A DNA stretch of 50,000 nt from the NCBI RefSeq assembly GCF_004010195.1, contig NW_025214737.1, positions 1 through 50,000 of the forward strand, given 5' to 3'. The notes below the pieces were generated by a model, which had not been told where the DNA came from, searched no databases, and saw only the letters and a program-made list of their open reading frames with translations. This DNA comes from Chiloscyllium plagiosum (taxonomy: Eukaryota). A program made the position numbers and the translations under genes. Below are positions 21,641-34,326 of this stretch, piece by piece; position 1 is the first letter of the stretch, and the number at the start of each line of letters is the position of its first letter.

Positions 21641-22131
21641 TGGAGTACTATTGCTTTCACCTCAATGGCTGGCTTTCTATAGGTACTTATGGTAGTTAAA
21701 GTGCCCTCAGATCATCCAGGAGTCTATCAATTGCAAGGGATTTCACCCTCTCAATCTCAAGCTAATTTGTGACCATTGTCAGGATGTGTCTGTACCAAAT
21801 AGTTTGTGTTGCTACAAAGCTTGTGTCTCAGGATTCTCTTCTGCATTTTGGAATGAAAGTCATCCTTGTCATTTTTGGGAATTTAGAGCTGGTTGTGGTT
21901 TCACATTAGCTATGAGTAATGACTACCTGACTCTGGCAAGTTTCTGCAAACGCCTTTTATTGAACTATTGTACATAACAATGTTCTTTCAGTACATCTTT
22001 CACTAATACCAACTATTCCATTTTACTTCGTAGTCTCTTGTGCATGACTATCTGATGTGACTGTTACATCATGATATACATCACCATTTCATTATCATAG
22101 CAATTTTCATTATATTACATCTCCTCCCAAG

Positions 22132-22430
22132 TACAGGTACACAATCCTGAAGGGTTCTCGTGAAGTTTTTTCTCCATAACAAGGCTGTTTGGCATGCAAG
22201 CAGTTAACCCAACTCCACTCCCACTTGACCCACATCACTCAGATGTGACATGGGGGCGTGGCCCAATACTGGCAGGCCTCAATTCTGTCTCACAGGTGCA
22301 TCTGCTGTTCGGTAAGATTTTTAAAATTTCACCGTTAAACTGTCACTTATTCTGAAATCCGAAAAATTCCAAATTCCAAAAACTAAATGGTCCTGAGGGT
22401 TTCGGATAAAGGATTGTGTAGAGCACTGTA
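22132..22430. mobile_element. Non-autonomous Tc1/mariner (pogo/Tigger-like) MITE
   Basis: TA-CAG...CTG-TA ends; tacacaatcct (22138-22148) inverted with aggattgtgta (22410-22420); subterminal ttccgaa/ttcgga-like motifs. Confidence 0.6.
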
Positions 22431-22949
22431 TCAGCCAATGTTTTGCAATAACATTATTTTACTAGATCTTCAAAAAATATACATTTTCACCTATCCCTAC
22501 ACACTTGACCCCACCACACTGCATGCCCTCCTCAACCCAATGTCCAAATTTCACTGATCAAGTTCCTGTGGTACATTCACAGTTCACCCTGATCTTATTT
22601 TCAGCACCATTGATGGGAATGATGCTCATCATCCATTTCTGTAACATAATTAGCCTTATTTGAGGCAAACAGTGTTATTCATTTCTCATATTCCCATATT
22701 AATTTGCTCTCACAGCCTTGAGTATTAATGTTTTTCCATCTGAACATTCCCACCAGAATTTAAACATTATAAGAACATGTTAGCTTCTCCTGTTTAAGGA
22801 ATGTGCTTTCTGACTTCTGACCCAAATCTTCTGGTTTAGCACCAATGTTGATAAAATCCTTGCGCTATGCTTGGAATATAAAAGTTCTTATATTTTCTCT
22901 TTTGGTCATTCTCAGTTGTTACACACTATTATTCTATCTTGAGATAGCA

Positions 22950-23230
22950 TCCCTACAGTGTGGAAGCAGGCCATTCAGCCCATCGAGACCACATTAACCC
23001 TCTGATAAACATCCCATTTCGACTTGCCCCCACATCTATCACCATAACCCTGAATTTTCCCTAGGCCAATCCACCTAGTAGGCACATCCATGGACAGTAT
23101 GAGCAATTTAGCATGGTCAATCCACCTAACCTTCACATCTTTGGATTGTGGGAGAAACCGGATGACTGGAAGAAACCCAAGTGGACATGGAAAGAAAATG
23201 TGAACTTCACAAAGACAGTCACCCCACGGT
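22950..23230 (-). mobile_element. HE1-type SINE (diverged)
   Basis: ccctacagtgtggaagcaggcc...gcaatttagcatgg.caatccacctaacct.cacatctttgga. Confidence 0.85.
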
Positions 23231-23736
23231 AGAGTGATATTTCATCTGAGGTTTTGCTGTGGCAATTAAATATTCATTTTTAGCCTTCTGTCCATAAGTA
23301 ACTATGCCACCAAATATCTGTTACTCAACAATGTTGAGGTAATTAAGTAAAGCTGAATTCCGATCATGATTCCTGGTCATTGATATCTTCATGGTTCTCA
23401 CTTTCCTCTTGGCTTCTCCATCGCTCAATGCATGAAGAGGAGATTGTGTAATGTGATGAATTCTGAATTCTGTTGTAAATCTCTGGATGTATTCATTCCT
23501 GAATTTCAGATCATTGATTCAAACACTCTCATTTTGAACCCAGTGAATGGAAACAATTTTCTTTGGTTCTTCCATCAATGTTTCAGCTGTTGTTGTGTGA
23601 TTTAACATTTGTAGGAACATTTAATCACCTGGAAGAGTAGTTTACTATGATCAAATATGCGTTCTCTTGAGAATTGAGGAGATATAGTCCCAACATTTGC
23701 TATGTCCTGTGTGGGAGTTTTAAAAATACCAAGGGT

Positions 23737-24490
23737 TAGAACAGAGAAAATAGAGAATAGAACATAGAACAATACAGCGCATAACAGGCCCTTCGGCCCT
23801 CAATGTTGCGCCGACCTGTGAACTATTTCAGCTTGATCGCCCTACACTATCACATCATCATCCATGTGCTTATCCATGGATTGTTTAAATCTCCCTAATG
23901 TGGCTGAGTTAACTACGTTGGCAGGCAGGGCATTCCACACCCTTACCAATCTGAGTAAAGAACCTGCCTCTGATATCTGGCTTAAATCTATCACCCCTCA
24001 ATTTGTAGCTTTGCCCCCTCATACAAACTGACTTCATTATCCTAGGAAAAAGACTTTCACCATCTACCCTATCTAATCCTCTGATCATCTTGTATGTCTC
24101 TTTCAAATCCCCTCTTAGCCTTCTTCTTTCCAATGAGAACAGATCCAAGTCTCTCAGCCTTTCCTCATAAGACCTTCCCTCCAGACCAGGCAGCATCCTG
24201 GTAAATCTCCTCTGCACCTTTTCCATTGCTTCTACATCCTTCCCGAAATATGGCGACCAGAACTGTAAGCAATATTCCAAGTGTGACCGCACCAGCAGTT
24301 GCAGCATGATATTGCGGCTCCAAAACACAATCCTTCTACCAATGAAATCTAACACACCATTTGCCTTCTTAACAGCACTATCAACCTGGGTGGCAACTTT
24401 CAGGGATCTTTGTACATAGACTCCAAGATCCCTCTGCACACCCACACTACCAAGAATCTTTCCATTGACCCAGTACTCTGCTTTCCTGCT
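23737..24490 (-). mobile_element. Relatively young CR1 3' fragment
   Basis: 213-aa ORF: QRDLGVYV...HLEYCLQFWSPY...KVQRRFTRMLPGLEGRSYEERL; tail (atagaac)n. Confidence 0.92.
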
Positions 24491-24614
24491 TTCCAAATTT
24501 GTCAGCTTCAAGGAGACCAGGATTTGAAAATTTGCATAAAGGGGATACATTTGGAAGTTTATTCATCTTTAATCTTAAGCTTACTTTGTACTATTTACAT
24601 AAATTGAAGTCATG

Positions 24615-25940
24615 GTAGAGGAGCTGGCCATTTAGAATGCCCATTCTGTGACATATGTGAATTATGGACAATTTACGTGATTTAAATGAACACATTTGCA
24701 GGAAATGTTAGCTGGTGCAGCAACTGAGGATCAGGTTTCAAAACTCAAGCAATGGCAGGATTATGGGGCTTCTGCAAATTTGAGAGTTACATGGATATTG
24801 TTTTCAGAGAGGTTTTCACACTGCAGGTTAGGGGTATGAAGGCACGTACTAATGGGTGACCCACTGTCCAAGAGAACCAGGCAGGGACTGTGGGAGTCCC
24901 CTGAGACCCTGCCCAGGAGTTGTTTTCCTTCCATTCCGGATACTGGAGTAAGCAATAGTTGCTCTGAGGAGTGCAGCAAGCTCCAGGCACGTGGCATTGC
25001 AGGTGGACCAGCTGTACAGGGCAGAAGGAAGAGGAGTCAAAAACAAGTACTGATAGAGCATTCCGTAGGTGGAAGGGGCAAGTTAGGATGAAGAAATAAG
25101 AAATGTACAAATGAATACAGATAGCTTAGACAAATGGACCATTAATGCGGAGGAGTATGATGTTATCAGTTTTGGTTGGAAGAATAGAAAGGCAGTCGAT
25201 TTTCTAAATGAAGAGAAACCTCAGGGTGATTTAGTACAAAGGGTTTTAGGTATCCTCATGCATGTATTGCAGAAAGCCAGTGTGGAGGTACAGCAGGTAA
25301 TAAGGAGGGCAAATACGATTTTAGCATTTATTGCTAAAGGAATAGAGTATAAAAGTAGGGAGGTGTTGCTGCAACACCTCCCTACTTCAGTATTACAGCG
25401 GTGGAAAGGACGATGGATGAGGACTTGCCATCTGAGGTAGTTTGGGCTGAGGTTAGGAATAGGAAAGGTGAGGTCACCCTGTTTTGTCTTATGAAGAGAG
25501 ATTGAGCAGTTTCAGCCTGTACTTGCTGGAGTTTAGAAGGGTGAAAATAGATCTAAGTGAGGTATATAAAGTGCTAGTGAGGATTGATAAAGTATACATA
25601 GAGATGTTGTTTCCTCATGTCGGTCAATCAAGAACAAGAGGTCATAGTTTTAGGATGAGGGGTAGCAGATTTAAAAAAAGAGATGAGGAGAAATGAATCG
25701 TCTGAAAAGAGCCATGAATCTTTGGAGTTCACTACTCCAGAATATGGTGGATGCAAGGACATTGAGTAAATTTAAAGAGGAGATAGACATATTTTTAATT
25801 AATAATATATTAAAGGGTGATGGGGAATGGGTAGGAAAATGAAGTTGAGGCTGAGATTGGATCACCCATGATAATATTAAATGGCACCCCAGGCTCCAGG
25901 AGCTGAATTTCCTATTCCTGTTCCCAGTTCTTATGTTCTC
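24615..25940 (+). mobile_element. Internally deleted CR1: decayed ORF1 start (about 24615-25070) joined to RT C-terminus and 3' UTR
   Basis: Cys-rich CPFCDICE...HICRKC remnant typical of CR1 ORF1; then QRVLGILMH...AFIAKGIEYKSREVLLQ, SYEERL, RTRGHSFR. Confidence 0.7.
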
Positions 25941-26295
25941 AAGGGAAACTAGGGACAGGCAATAAATTCTGCCTCAGCAAGTGACGCCCATGTCCCATGA
26001 GTGAATAAAAAAAATGCATCCATTACCACGGTAGCTTTCTTTAATGTCCTAGGATTCATTCCATCAGGTCCAGTCTTTAATCCCATTCACATCCATCCTG
26101 CTTTTTCTCCCATGATCGTCATTGTATTTATTTCCTCACCTCCTTTTACACCTTGATTATTTAGTAATTTTGGAATACTTCTACAGTGGTATTTTCTACA
26201 CTGAAGACTGACATAAAGTATTTATTCAGCTCATACGTCATTTCCACAACATAGCCTGTACGTGAATGCATGCAATATAGTCAATATGATAGAGT

Positions 26296-26328
26296 TCCTG
26301 AAGAAGGGCTTATGCCCGAAACGTCGAT
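26296..26328 (+). ncRNA. Minimal hammerhead ribozyme motif (intact core)
   Basis: CTGAAGA-a-GGGC-ttat-GCCC-GAAAC-GTC; loopless palindromic stem III (ACGT); predicted cleavage after 26325; stem I weak. Confidence 0.7.
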
Positions 26329-26387
26329 TCTCCTGTTCTTTGGATGCTGCCCGACCTGCTGCACTTTTCCAGCAACACATTTTCAGC
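26298..26387 (+). mobile_element. About 90-bp Penelope-derived insert (P1) with 18-bp TSD
   Basis: TSD tcaatatgatagagttcc at 26281-26298 and 26388-26405; sequence matches 18366-18457. Confidence 0.88.
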
Positions 26388-26769
26388 TCAATATGATAGA
26401 GTTCCAAGTGCAGATTGCTCTGTAGAATTGTGACACTGTAGCAATATCACGGCCCTTGTTGAAGGAAGGGCAGAACATTTCCTGGTTATAGGTGTTAAGG
26501 AAGATAGGAAAAGAAGAAAGGGAGGTGAGGTGCTGGTATTGGTTAAAGAGAGCACTCCGGTCCTGGAGAAAGAGAATGTCTGAGGGGATTTCAAGGACAG
26601 AATTGATTTGGCTAGAGCTAAAACAAAACAGATCCAGTTACAATATTTGGTGTAGTCTACAGATTACCAATTAGTGAAAAGGATGTAGAGGAATAGTTAT
26701 GCAAGGAAATTGCAGGGAGGTGCAAGACAGTAGATATAATTGGGGGACTTCCTGGATATAGGCTGAGAT

Positions 26770-27420
26770 TTTTAAAATTCATTTGTGGGGTGTGGGAGTT
26801 GCTGGCTGGCCAGCATTTTATTGTGTGTACCTAGTTGCCCTTGAGAAGATGGTGGTGAACTGCCTTCTTGAACCGCTGCAGTCCACCTACTGTGGGTTGA
26901 CCCACCATGCCGTTAAGGAGGGAATTCCAAGAGTTTGACCCAATGACAGTGAAGGAATGACAAAGTATTTCCAAGTCAGGAAGGTGAGTGGCTTGGAGAG
27001 GAAGATGGTGGTGCTCTCATATATCTACTGTCTTTGTCCTTCAAGATGGAAGTGGTTGTGGGTTTGGAAGGTGCTGTCTGAGGATCTTTTATGAATTCCT
27101 GCAGTTCATCTTGTAGATAGTATATACTGCTGCTACTGAGCATCAGTGCTGGAGGGAGTGGATTCTTGTGGATGAAGTGCCAATCAAATGGGCTGCTTTG
27201 TCCTGGATGGTGACAAGCTTCTTGAGTGTTGGGATTGCACTCATGTAGGCAAGTGTGGAGTATTTCATCACATTCCTGACTTGTGCCTTGTAGATGGTGG
27301 ATAGACTTTGAAGAGTCAGGAGATGAGTTACTTGCTGCAGTATTCCTCGCTTCTGACTAACTCTTGTAGCCACTGTGTTTATGTGAAAGCCCAGTTGAGT
27401 TTCTAGTCAATGATAACTCC
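26770..27420 (-). mobile_element. Second CR1/L2-group LINE family, 3' fragment
   Basis: LSTIYKAQVRNVMKYSTLAYM...LKKLVTIQDKAAHLI; tail shared with the SINE at 3642-3995. Confidence 0.8.
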
Positions 27421-27699
27421 CATTTGCTTAACCAATCAGTACCGCTCTGTCAACTGTTTGTATCCTTTTTGCAACTTGCTATACTACCTATTTTTGTGTC
27501 AGCTGTAAATCGAATACACAGCCATGTCATTAATACGTATTGTAAAGAGATGTCATCCCACCACCGATCTGTGGAAAGTCACTAGTCAGAGGTGACCAAC
27601 CTGAACAAGAATTCCTTATCTCCACTTGCTGTATCCAATTCTATATCCAGGCCAATATACAAGCTCCAACACCATGCAATCTTATCTTAAAACTTAACC

Positions 27700-28730
27700 T
27701 TACGTGATGTGGTAATTCTATGGCTTTAAGGGGTGTATTTTGTCCTGGTGTTTTTTATGAAGAGAGATTACGACAGAGGTGTAGAGTGGTCTGCTCCAAG
27801 CCAATAAAGTAAACAGCTTGTCGTGACTTTGATGAAGAAAGACTGAGGCATTCAGTGTGGGAAAAAAGGGACTGAAATGGACTGTGGTAGTGAATGTTTG
27901 CATGCTTAGAGTCAATGTAATGTATGTGTATTGTAATTTACTAAGAATGGAAAACTAAAGGTTTTTACAGATGAAGCCATCTTTATATAATGATGGTTCT
28001 TTCTTTTTCAGGGGTGTTTGCATCTCAATACTACTACAGGTGTATTTGTCCTTTTTTCAGGAAGGAAGGTTGAGACAGAGGTGTTGTGCAGTCTGCTCAA
28101 AACCAATAACGTAATCAGCTTTTAAGGCCTTGGGTTTGTTTTTTAAAGTTGGAAAAATAGAAGCAGTCTGAATGAGTGAGTCAAACTCTGACACAACCAA
28201 GATTTTTAGTTTTAGCTTTCAGCAGTTTTGGGGGTTTTAAAGCTGGGTTAGGAAGCTCTAATTCCTCTCTCTGTTACAGCTAAAAGCTGGGGTTCTCTTC
28301 CTGCTGCGAGAATTGCTTATGAGACTATTTTACTGAATTTGTCTTTGCTAAGCTGTATTTATGGGATGTGTGATGGTGTTGCTCCTTTACCCAGATTATG
28401 TTGTTCTTGGTGGGGTTTTTTCAGAGTAACCAGTGATTCTGAAAAGTCTGGCTTGGATGGGGTTTAGGGCCAATTTGATTATAACTAACAGATATAAACA
28501 AAATGAAAGTGGAGTGGCTAGTTCTCCCAGCTCAGCTTTTCTCAGGTTTGATTTAGGTTTTGGCAGTCTGTTTATTCACTGAAAGCAGGCAGGCAGTTTT
28601 GAGGCTGCTGGTCCAAGAAACAGCTCCATGGAAGAAGGTGTCCCATGCTGAATCCCTCCCTCTCCTGTAAGACCCTGTGTTTGATTATACCTTTTGAGCC
28701 AAAGATTATTTATGGGGATTGTTGCAAGGA
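27700..28730. mobile_element. Cluster of related LTR-like fragments beside the Gypsy pol remnant
   Basis: 27730-27820 resembles 28038-28122 (ggtgtattt.gtcc...gacagaggtgt...gtctgctc.aa.ccaataa.gtaa.cagctt); 28200-28365 resembles 28540-28725. Confidence 0.55.
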
Positions 28731-28734
28731 TTCT

Positions 28735-31360
28735 TACAACGGGTGCAACATGTACAATTTTGAAATAGTCTCATATTCTTGTCTTTAAAACGTTCTATGA
28801 ATGTAAGCGGATTGTGATCTGTGTACACAATCCTCTCAGACACATTGTTCATGACATACACATTAAAATGTTATAAGGCCAGTATCAAACTTAATTGTTC
28901 CTTTTTAATCGCGGAGTATTTTCTCTGATGGACGATGATCTTCTTTGAAAGTAACCAACTGGCAGTTCAATCCCATCCTCATCTTCCTGCAGGAGGACAG
29001 CACCAAATCCGATGTCACTAACATCGATGGCGATTTTAAAAGGTTTTGAAAAGTTTGGTGTAGCTAAAACTGGTTTGGTGGTTAATATGGCTTTCAAATG
29101 GTCAAATGTCTCCTGGCCTTGTTCTGTCCACTGAAACGTTGTGTTCTTCTTCAGCAAATCAGTTAACGATGCCACTACACTGCTGAGGTTTGGAACAAAC
29201 TTCCGATAGAATCCACTGCGTCCTAAGAATCAAAGCACCTCTTTCTTTGAGGTTGTTTGTGGAAATTCCTCAATGGCCTTCGTCTTTGCATTCTGTGGGG
29301 TCAACCTTCCATGACCGATGTTATGTCCCAAGAACATCGCCTCTGCTTTTGTGAATACTGTTTTATTTAAGTTTATCACCAGTTTTGCTTCTCGTATTTG
29401 TTCAAAGAGCTCTGAACTGTCCCTTGTGATCTTTCCAGGACTTACTACAGATCACTGCATCGTCTAAATAGACTGCACAGTTTGTTAACCCAGCCACAAC
29501 TCTGTTCATCAGTCTTTGCAATGTAGCGGATGTGTTCTTCATTCCAAAGGGCATCACTTTAAACTGATATAACCCATTTGGGGTTATAAACGCAGAAATG
29601 TCTTTTGCCGTCTCTGAAAAAGGTACCTGGCAGTAACCACGCATTAAGTCCAACTTGGTGATGTAACTGACACCACGCATTAAGTCCAACTTGGTGATGT
29701 AACTGACTTGTCTGACTTTCTTGATACAGTCCTCCAATCTAGGAATTGGATATGAGTCTGATTTTGTAATGGCATTGACCTTCTGATAATCCACGCAGAA
29801 TCGTTGAGTCCCATCAGTTTGGGAACTAAGACGTTTGGCGAACTCCACTCACTCTGGCTCAGTTTGATGATGTCCTCGTTGAGCATGGCCTCCACCTCCA
29901 TCTGGACCTGCCTGGCTTTGAAAGGATTAAGCCAATAAAGGTGTTGTTTTATCGGAGCAGCATTCCCTACGTCAACTTCATGTACAATAGCATTAATCCT
30001 TCCCATCTGATTCTTACATACGTCCTTATACGGCTGTGACAAACCTTTCAACTGCGTTCTGTGCTCCTGAGACAGATAGCTTACTAACCTATCCCTGTCC
30101 TCAAGGACTTCATCATTTTTTAATCTATTTTGAGGGACATCAAAATCCGCATTATCTGGATTTGATTTCTCACTCTGTGGGGCAGTAACTAACACCTGTT
30201 TCTCGAGTTCTTTCTCTCCAGTTTAATACAATTTCAACATGTTCATATGACACACCCAATACCTTTTTTTTTCTATCTGGTATCTTTACTAGATAGTTAA
30301 CCTGACTCAAATTTTTCTCAATTTGTTTGAGGCCACTAAATCTGGCTTTGAAAGGATCTCCTATCACTGGTGACAGTACTAACACGTCATCCCCCTGGGA
30401 ATAAGACCGATCTCAGAGCTTTTACCTGCCACCTATTTCATTCTATGCTATGCCCCCTTTAGGTGCTGTTTAGCTAACTCACCTACTCGATTTACTCTCT
30501 CACTCACCTCCGATACATAATCTAAATGTGAGATCTCCGACTTTGGTCCCATCAATTCTTCTTCAATTAATTTCAAAGAGCCTCTCACTTCATGCCCAAA
30601 TATTAACTTGAAGGGAGTGAACTGAGTAGATTTGGGTGGGTCATCTCTAATGACAAACAATACGAATGGGATACCTTTATCCCAATTATTCAGGTAATCC
30701 TGACATGATGCTCTCCACATGGTCTTCAAGGTCTGATGCCACCTTTCTAAAGCTCCCTGGGATTCAGGATGATACGCCCTGGATTTAAAGTGTTGTATAC
30801 CTGAGTTACCCATAACCTCCTTAAACAGCGAGGCAGTATAATTTGACCCTTGGTCTAACTGAATCACTCTGGGAAGCCCATTCCATGTGAAGAAAGCCAC
30901 TAACCCCTCTACTACCCCTTTTTGCCTTTATACTCTGTAATGGAATTGCCTCCCGAAATCTGGTAGGCACATCCATTATGGTTAACAAGTACTGGTTCCC
31001 ACTTTTAGTTCTCGGGACGGGACCGACACAATCAATTATAACCCACGTGAAAGTTTTCTTCAAATGTGGGAATTAGATACAAAGGTGCTGGCTTTATTAC
31101 CGCCTGTGGCTGACATTTGACATGTATGATACATAAGGGCAAAAGTTAACTACATCCTTGTGCATTCCAGGCCAATAAAAATGTGTTTTACCTTAGCCTG
31201 AGTCTTTTGTATGCCTAGGTTGCTACTGGCAACACAATCTGGTGCACTTCGGCCCATTTCTCCTCTGCACTAGCCCCGTGGTCTCCATTTTTGTCTTAGG
31301 ATTCTATCTTTAAGATAAGAACCCTTGGGAATATTTTCTGCCTCCTTTTCAGAGTATGCT
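28735..31360 (-). mobile_element. Gmr1-type Ty3/Gypsy pol remnant, order integrase - RT - RNase H, frameshifted
   Basis: INT: IDCVGP, QLDQGSNYT, YHPESQGALERWHQTLK, GPY/F-like FKARFSG (31063-30170). RT: RFCVDYQKVN, VMPFGMKN, YLDD (29848-29402). RNase H: FKIAIDVSDIGFGAVLLQ (29175-28891). Confidence 0.9.
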
Positions 31361-31399
31361 AAATCGGAAATTTTCAATTTCTTTAAGGACCTTAAGCTC

Positions 31400-32060
31400 A
31401 TAACATTTGTTTAAAGCCAAGTCGTTTAATCAATCAATTTACATCTGGAACACAATATCTTACAGTAGCCTTTAAAATAAGAAAACATTAGGGTATAGGC
31501 TATCTCCTTAATATATTTTGAGGGGATATGGTCTCTTGTCCATTACAGTGATGTACCTTGTTGAATGCTTTTTGGAAGCCCAAATGCAACGCATCTACTT
31601 ATACAATGTTTATCAGAATAGTTACAGGAATGAGAAACTTCAGTTACAAAGATAGGTTAGAGAAGTTGGGACTCTTTCTTGGAGGGGATAAAGCTCAGAG
31701 AAGATTTGATTGAAGTTGTCAAAATCATGAGAGTCTTGGGCAGAGCTGACAGCATGAAACTGTCAGTGAGAATAACAGGGCAAGGATTAAAAGTGAATTT
31801 GCAAAGAAAGTGAATGTAATCTGAGAAAGCAAAATGTTTTCACATAATGTGTGGCTCACGTCTGAAATACACTGCTGGAAGTGTGTTGAAGTCAGGTTCA
31901 AGCAAGCATCGAATAGGGCATTAGGTGTTCATTTAATTGAAATAATGCATAGAGTTCTAAGGAAAGGGCAGGAGAATGGGACTAAATCATAGCTTATCCG
32001 GAGAGCTAATGCAGACACACCTGGCTGAATAGCCTTCTTCTACACCATGACAATCCTGTA
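31400..32060 (+). mobile_element. Old CR1 3' fragment
   Basis: ggaatgagaaacttcagttac...aggttagagaagttgggactcttt = GMRNFSY..RLEKLGLF. Confidence 0.7.
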
Positions 32061-33384
32061 GTTCTCACTAAAAATTGCACAGATATGGCCGGATGATATG
32101 AGATCTTCATTTATTTTGAAATTTTTCAGGCACCACATGGATTGTTGTATATGAGCATCATACTTGGCTAATCCCAAGAAACCTCCATCAATTCAGGCGA
32201 TGGAAAGGGCAGTGATTACTCAATAGATTTGACATCAATACTATCTTTCATGGTATCTTTTACCTTGATAGATTCTTTTGATGTTTATTTTCTTGTTTTG
32301 AAGTCTTTGGTTGATCATTTTCCTTTTCAGATTTCATCTTAAAGCGCCAATTTGTAATTAAATTAAAGCCTTCACTGTTGCTATCATGGTGATATCACAA
32401 GTCTTGTGGATTGGGGTTCTGTTCTACACAATGGAGAGATAACAATCCTTGTCTCTTCTAGTATTTTGTGGCCTGTAATGGCTTCCCCTTATTTCTGAGT
32501 GACTCTTGTTTGACTCTGGTAAGTTTCTGCAAACTATTTTGCTTACACTATTGCTCATAATACTGTCCTTTGTAAGTACATCTCTCACTGCTACAGTCTA
32601 TTTGATTATTTCTTCACAGTCTCTTGCTTGGAACTGGTCATATCATTGTTACATTGGATAAATATCACCATAGCCTCTTCGTGTCTGATCTCATTGCACT
32701 GCACAAAGTTTCCAGCGAGCTGCCACAAGGTGCAGTCGCAACATTTACAGCTCCACACAACATCAGGAACTCCCTTCTTAGAGACATAGGCTCCCCTAAA
32801 GACCTGGCTATTGACGGTTTAAGAAATTATACCCGTGAGCCCAAGAATAAATAAAAGAGAAGCCATAGCACAAGTGGGTAATAATGGAACAAATTATTGG
32901 ATTGCTCCAAATGCACTTCATGTAACTTGACGTATCTGGATGCACACTTTAGTATGAACCATCAGTGCTGTCCAAAATAGTCCTAGTTTAATACGCTCTT
33001 GACAACATCTCTTTGCACAGAAGAGGGAGCTGCAGTAAGAGGGACATGCAGAATGACCAGCAGCTAAGGTGAAGGACGGGGGAAGGCTGGAGGAGCTAGT
33101 TGTGACCATGGTGCCTGCAGCCACACACCTGGTTGTCAGTGAAGGCCACAGCAGATTCTTTCATGCAAGTTTCACTCAAATACATTGGATTGAGATCATC
33201 AGGCAGGGCTATCAAAAACCCTTTGTGCTCACTCCCAACCAAAACAAATTTATTCCAAGCCAGCCAACAAGAATTACATCCAAGTCCTCTCTTCCTCAAA
33301 GGCTAATTATCCTGTTGATCAAAACCAATGTAACTAAAGGCTGACATGTCTGATGACCTGTTTCTTAGGGTCTTAAAAACTCTG

Positions 33385-34020
33385 ACTGCAGAGATAGTGA
33401 TGCATTGGAAACTTCTTTATTGCAAAGGGTGGAGAAAAAACGTCGAGGAGATTTGTTGCAATTGTATACAACTTTGGTAAGGCTACATCTGTGTGGTTTT
33501 GGTCTCCTTACTTAGAGAGGATTGTACTTGCATTGGAAAGAGTTAAGAGGACATTTGCACATTCCTGGAATGAGGGGATTGTCAGATAAGGAAAAGTTAA
33601 CCAAGTTGGGCTACATTCATTGAGCTTAGCAGTATGACAGGTGGTCTGATTGAAATATATAAGGATCTAAGGGGTTCGATAGGGTAGATGCTGAGAGGAT
33701 GTTTCCCCTGGTCCAGGAATCTTGAAATAGGAGATTCCTTTTACAAATGCAGTGTCTCCCATTTAAGTCAGAGTTGAAGAGGAATTTCTTAATGAGCTGC
33801 TAACCTTTGGAATTCTATTCTACAGAATGCAGTGTGGTCTAGGTCACCTAATACATTTAAGGTGAATGAAAACTACTTTTCCTCTAAAAGGAAATCAGTT
33901 GCTTTGAGGGGAATGTGTCAAAATGGACTTGCAACAACAATCAGATCAGCTATACTGTTATTGAATGGGGGAGAAGACTGAATAAGTCTTCTTGCCACTG
34001 TTTCTTACAGTCTTGTGCTC
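33385..34020 (+). mobile_element. Old CR1 3' fragment
   Basis: ttgcaattgtata...ttggtaagg.tacatctg...ttttggtctcctta; ggtctgattgaaatatataag. Confidence 0.7.
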
Positions 34021-34326
34021 TAAACACCTGAATGTTATTCTCTATGTGAATGGATGTTTCAACCAAGTAAGATCAAAGAAAATGCAAGATTTAAACATCA
34101 GGGTCATAACATTGCGATCTCAACCTAAATGAATCCCTTGTGGTATTATATTGTTTTTTCATCCACTTCCCTTTATTCTTACATGGATCATGTTTTGAGG
34201 CTTGAATTGAGCTGGAGGCAGGTTGTTCTTAAGACTATCTCATCATCACATATGCAGGGGGAAGGCCAGTCAACAGGCATGAGGCAAAATTGTGCAGCTG
34301 TGTCCAAGATAGTGTGATACTGTAGA

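Larger units (their letters stand above)
26230..26760 (+). mobile_element. CR1 endonuclease fragment, interrupted by a hammerhead-bearing insert
   Basis: Decayed NAxxIxN, IPGYR..RKDR, ELIWLELK, IIGGL/GDF motifs. Confidence 0.7.
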
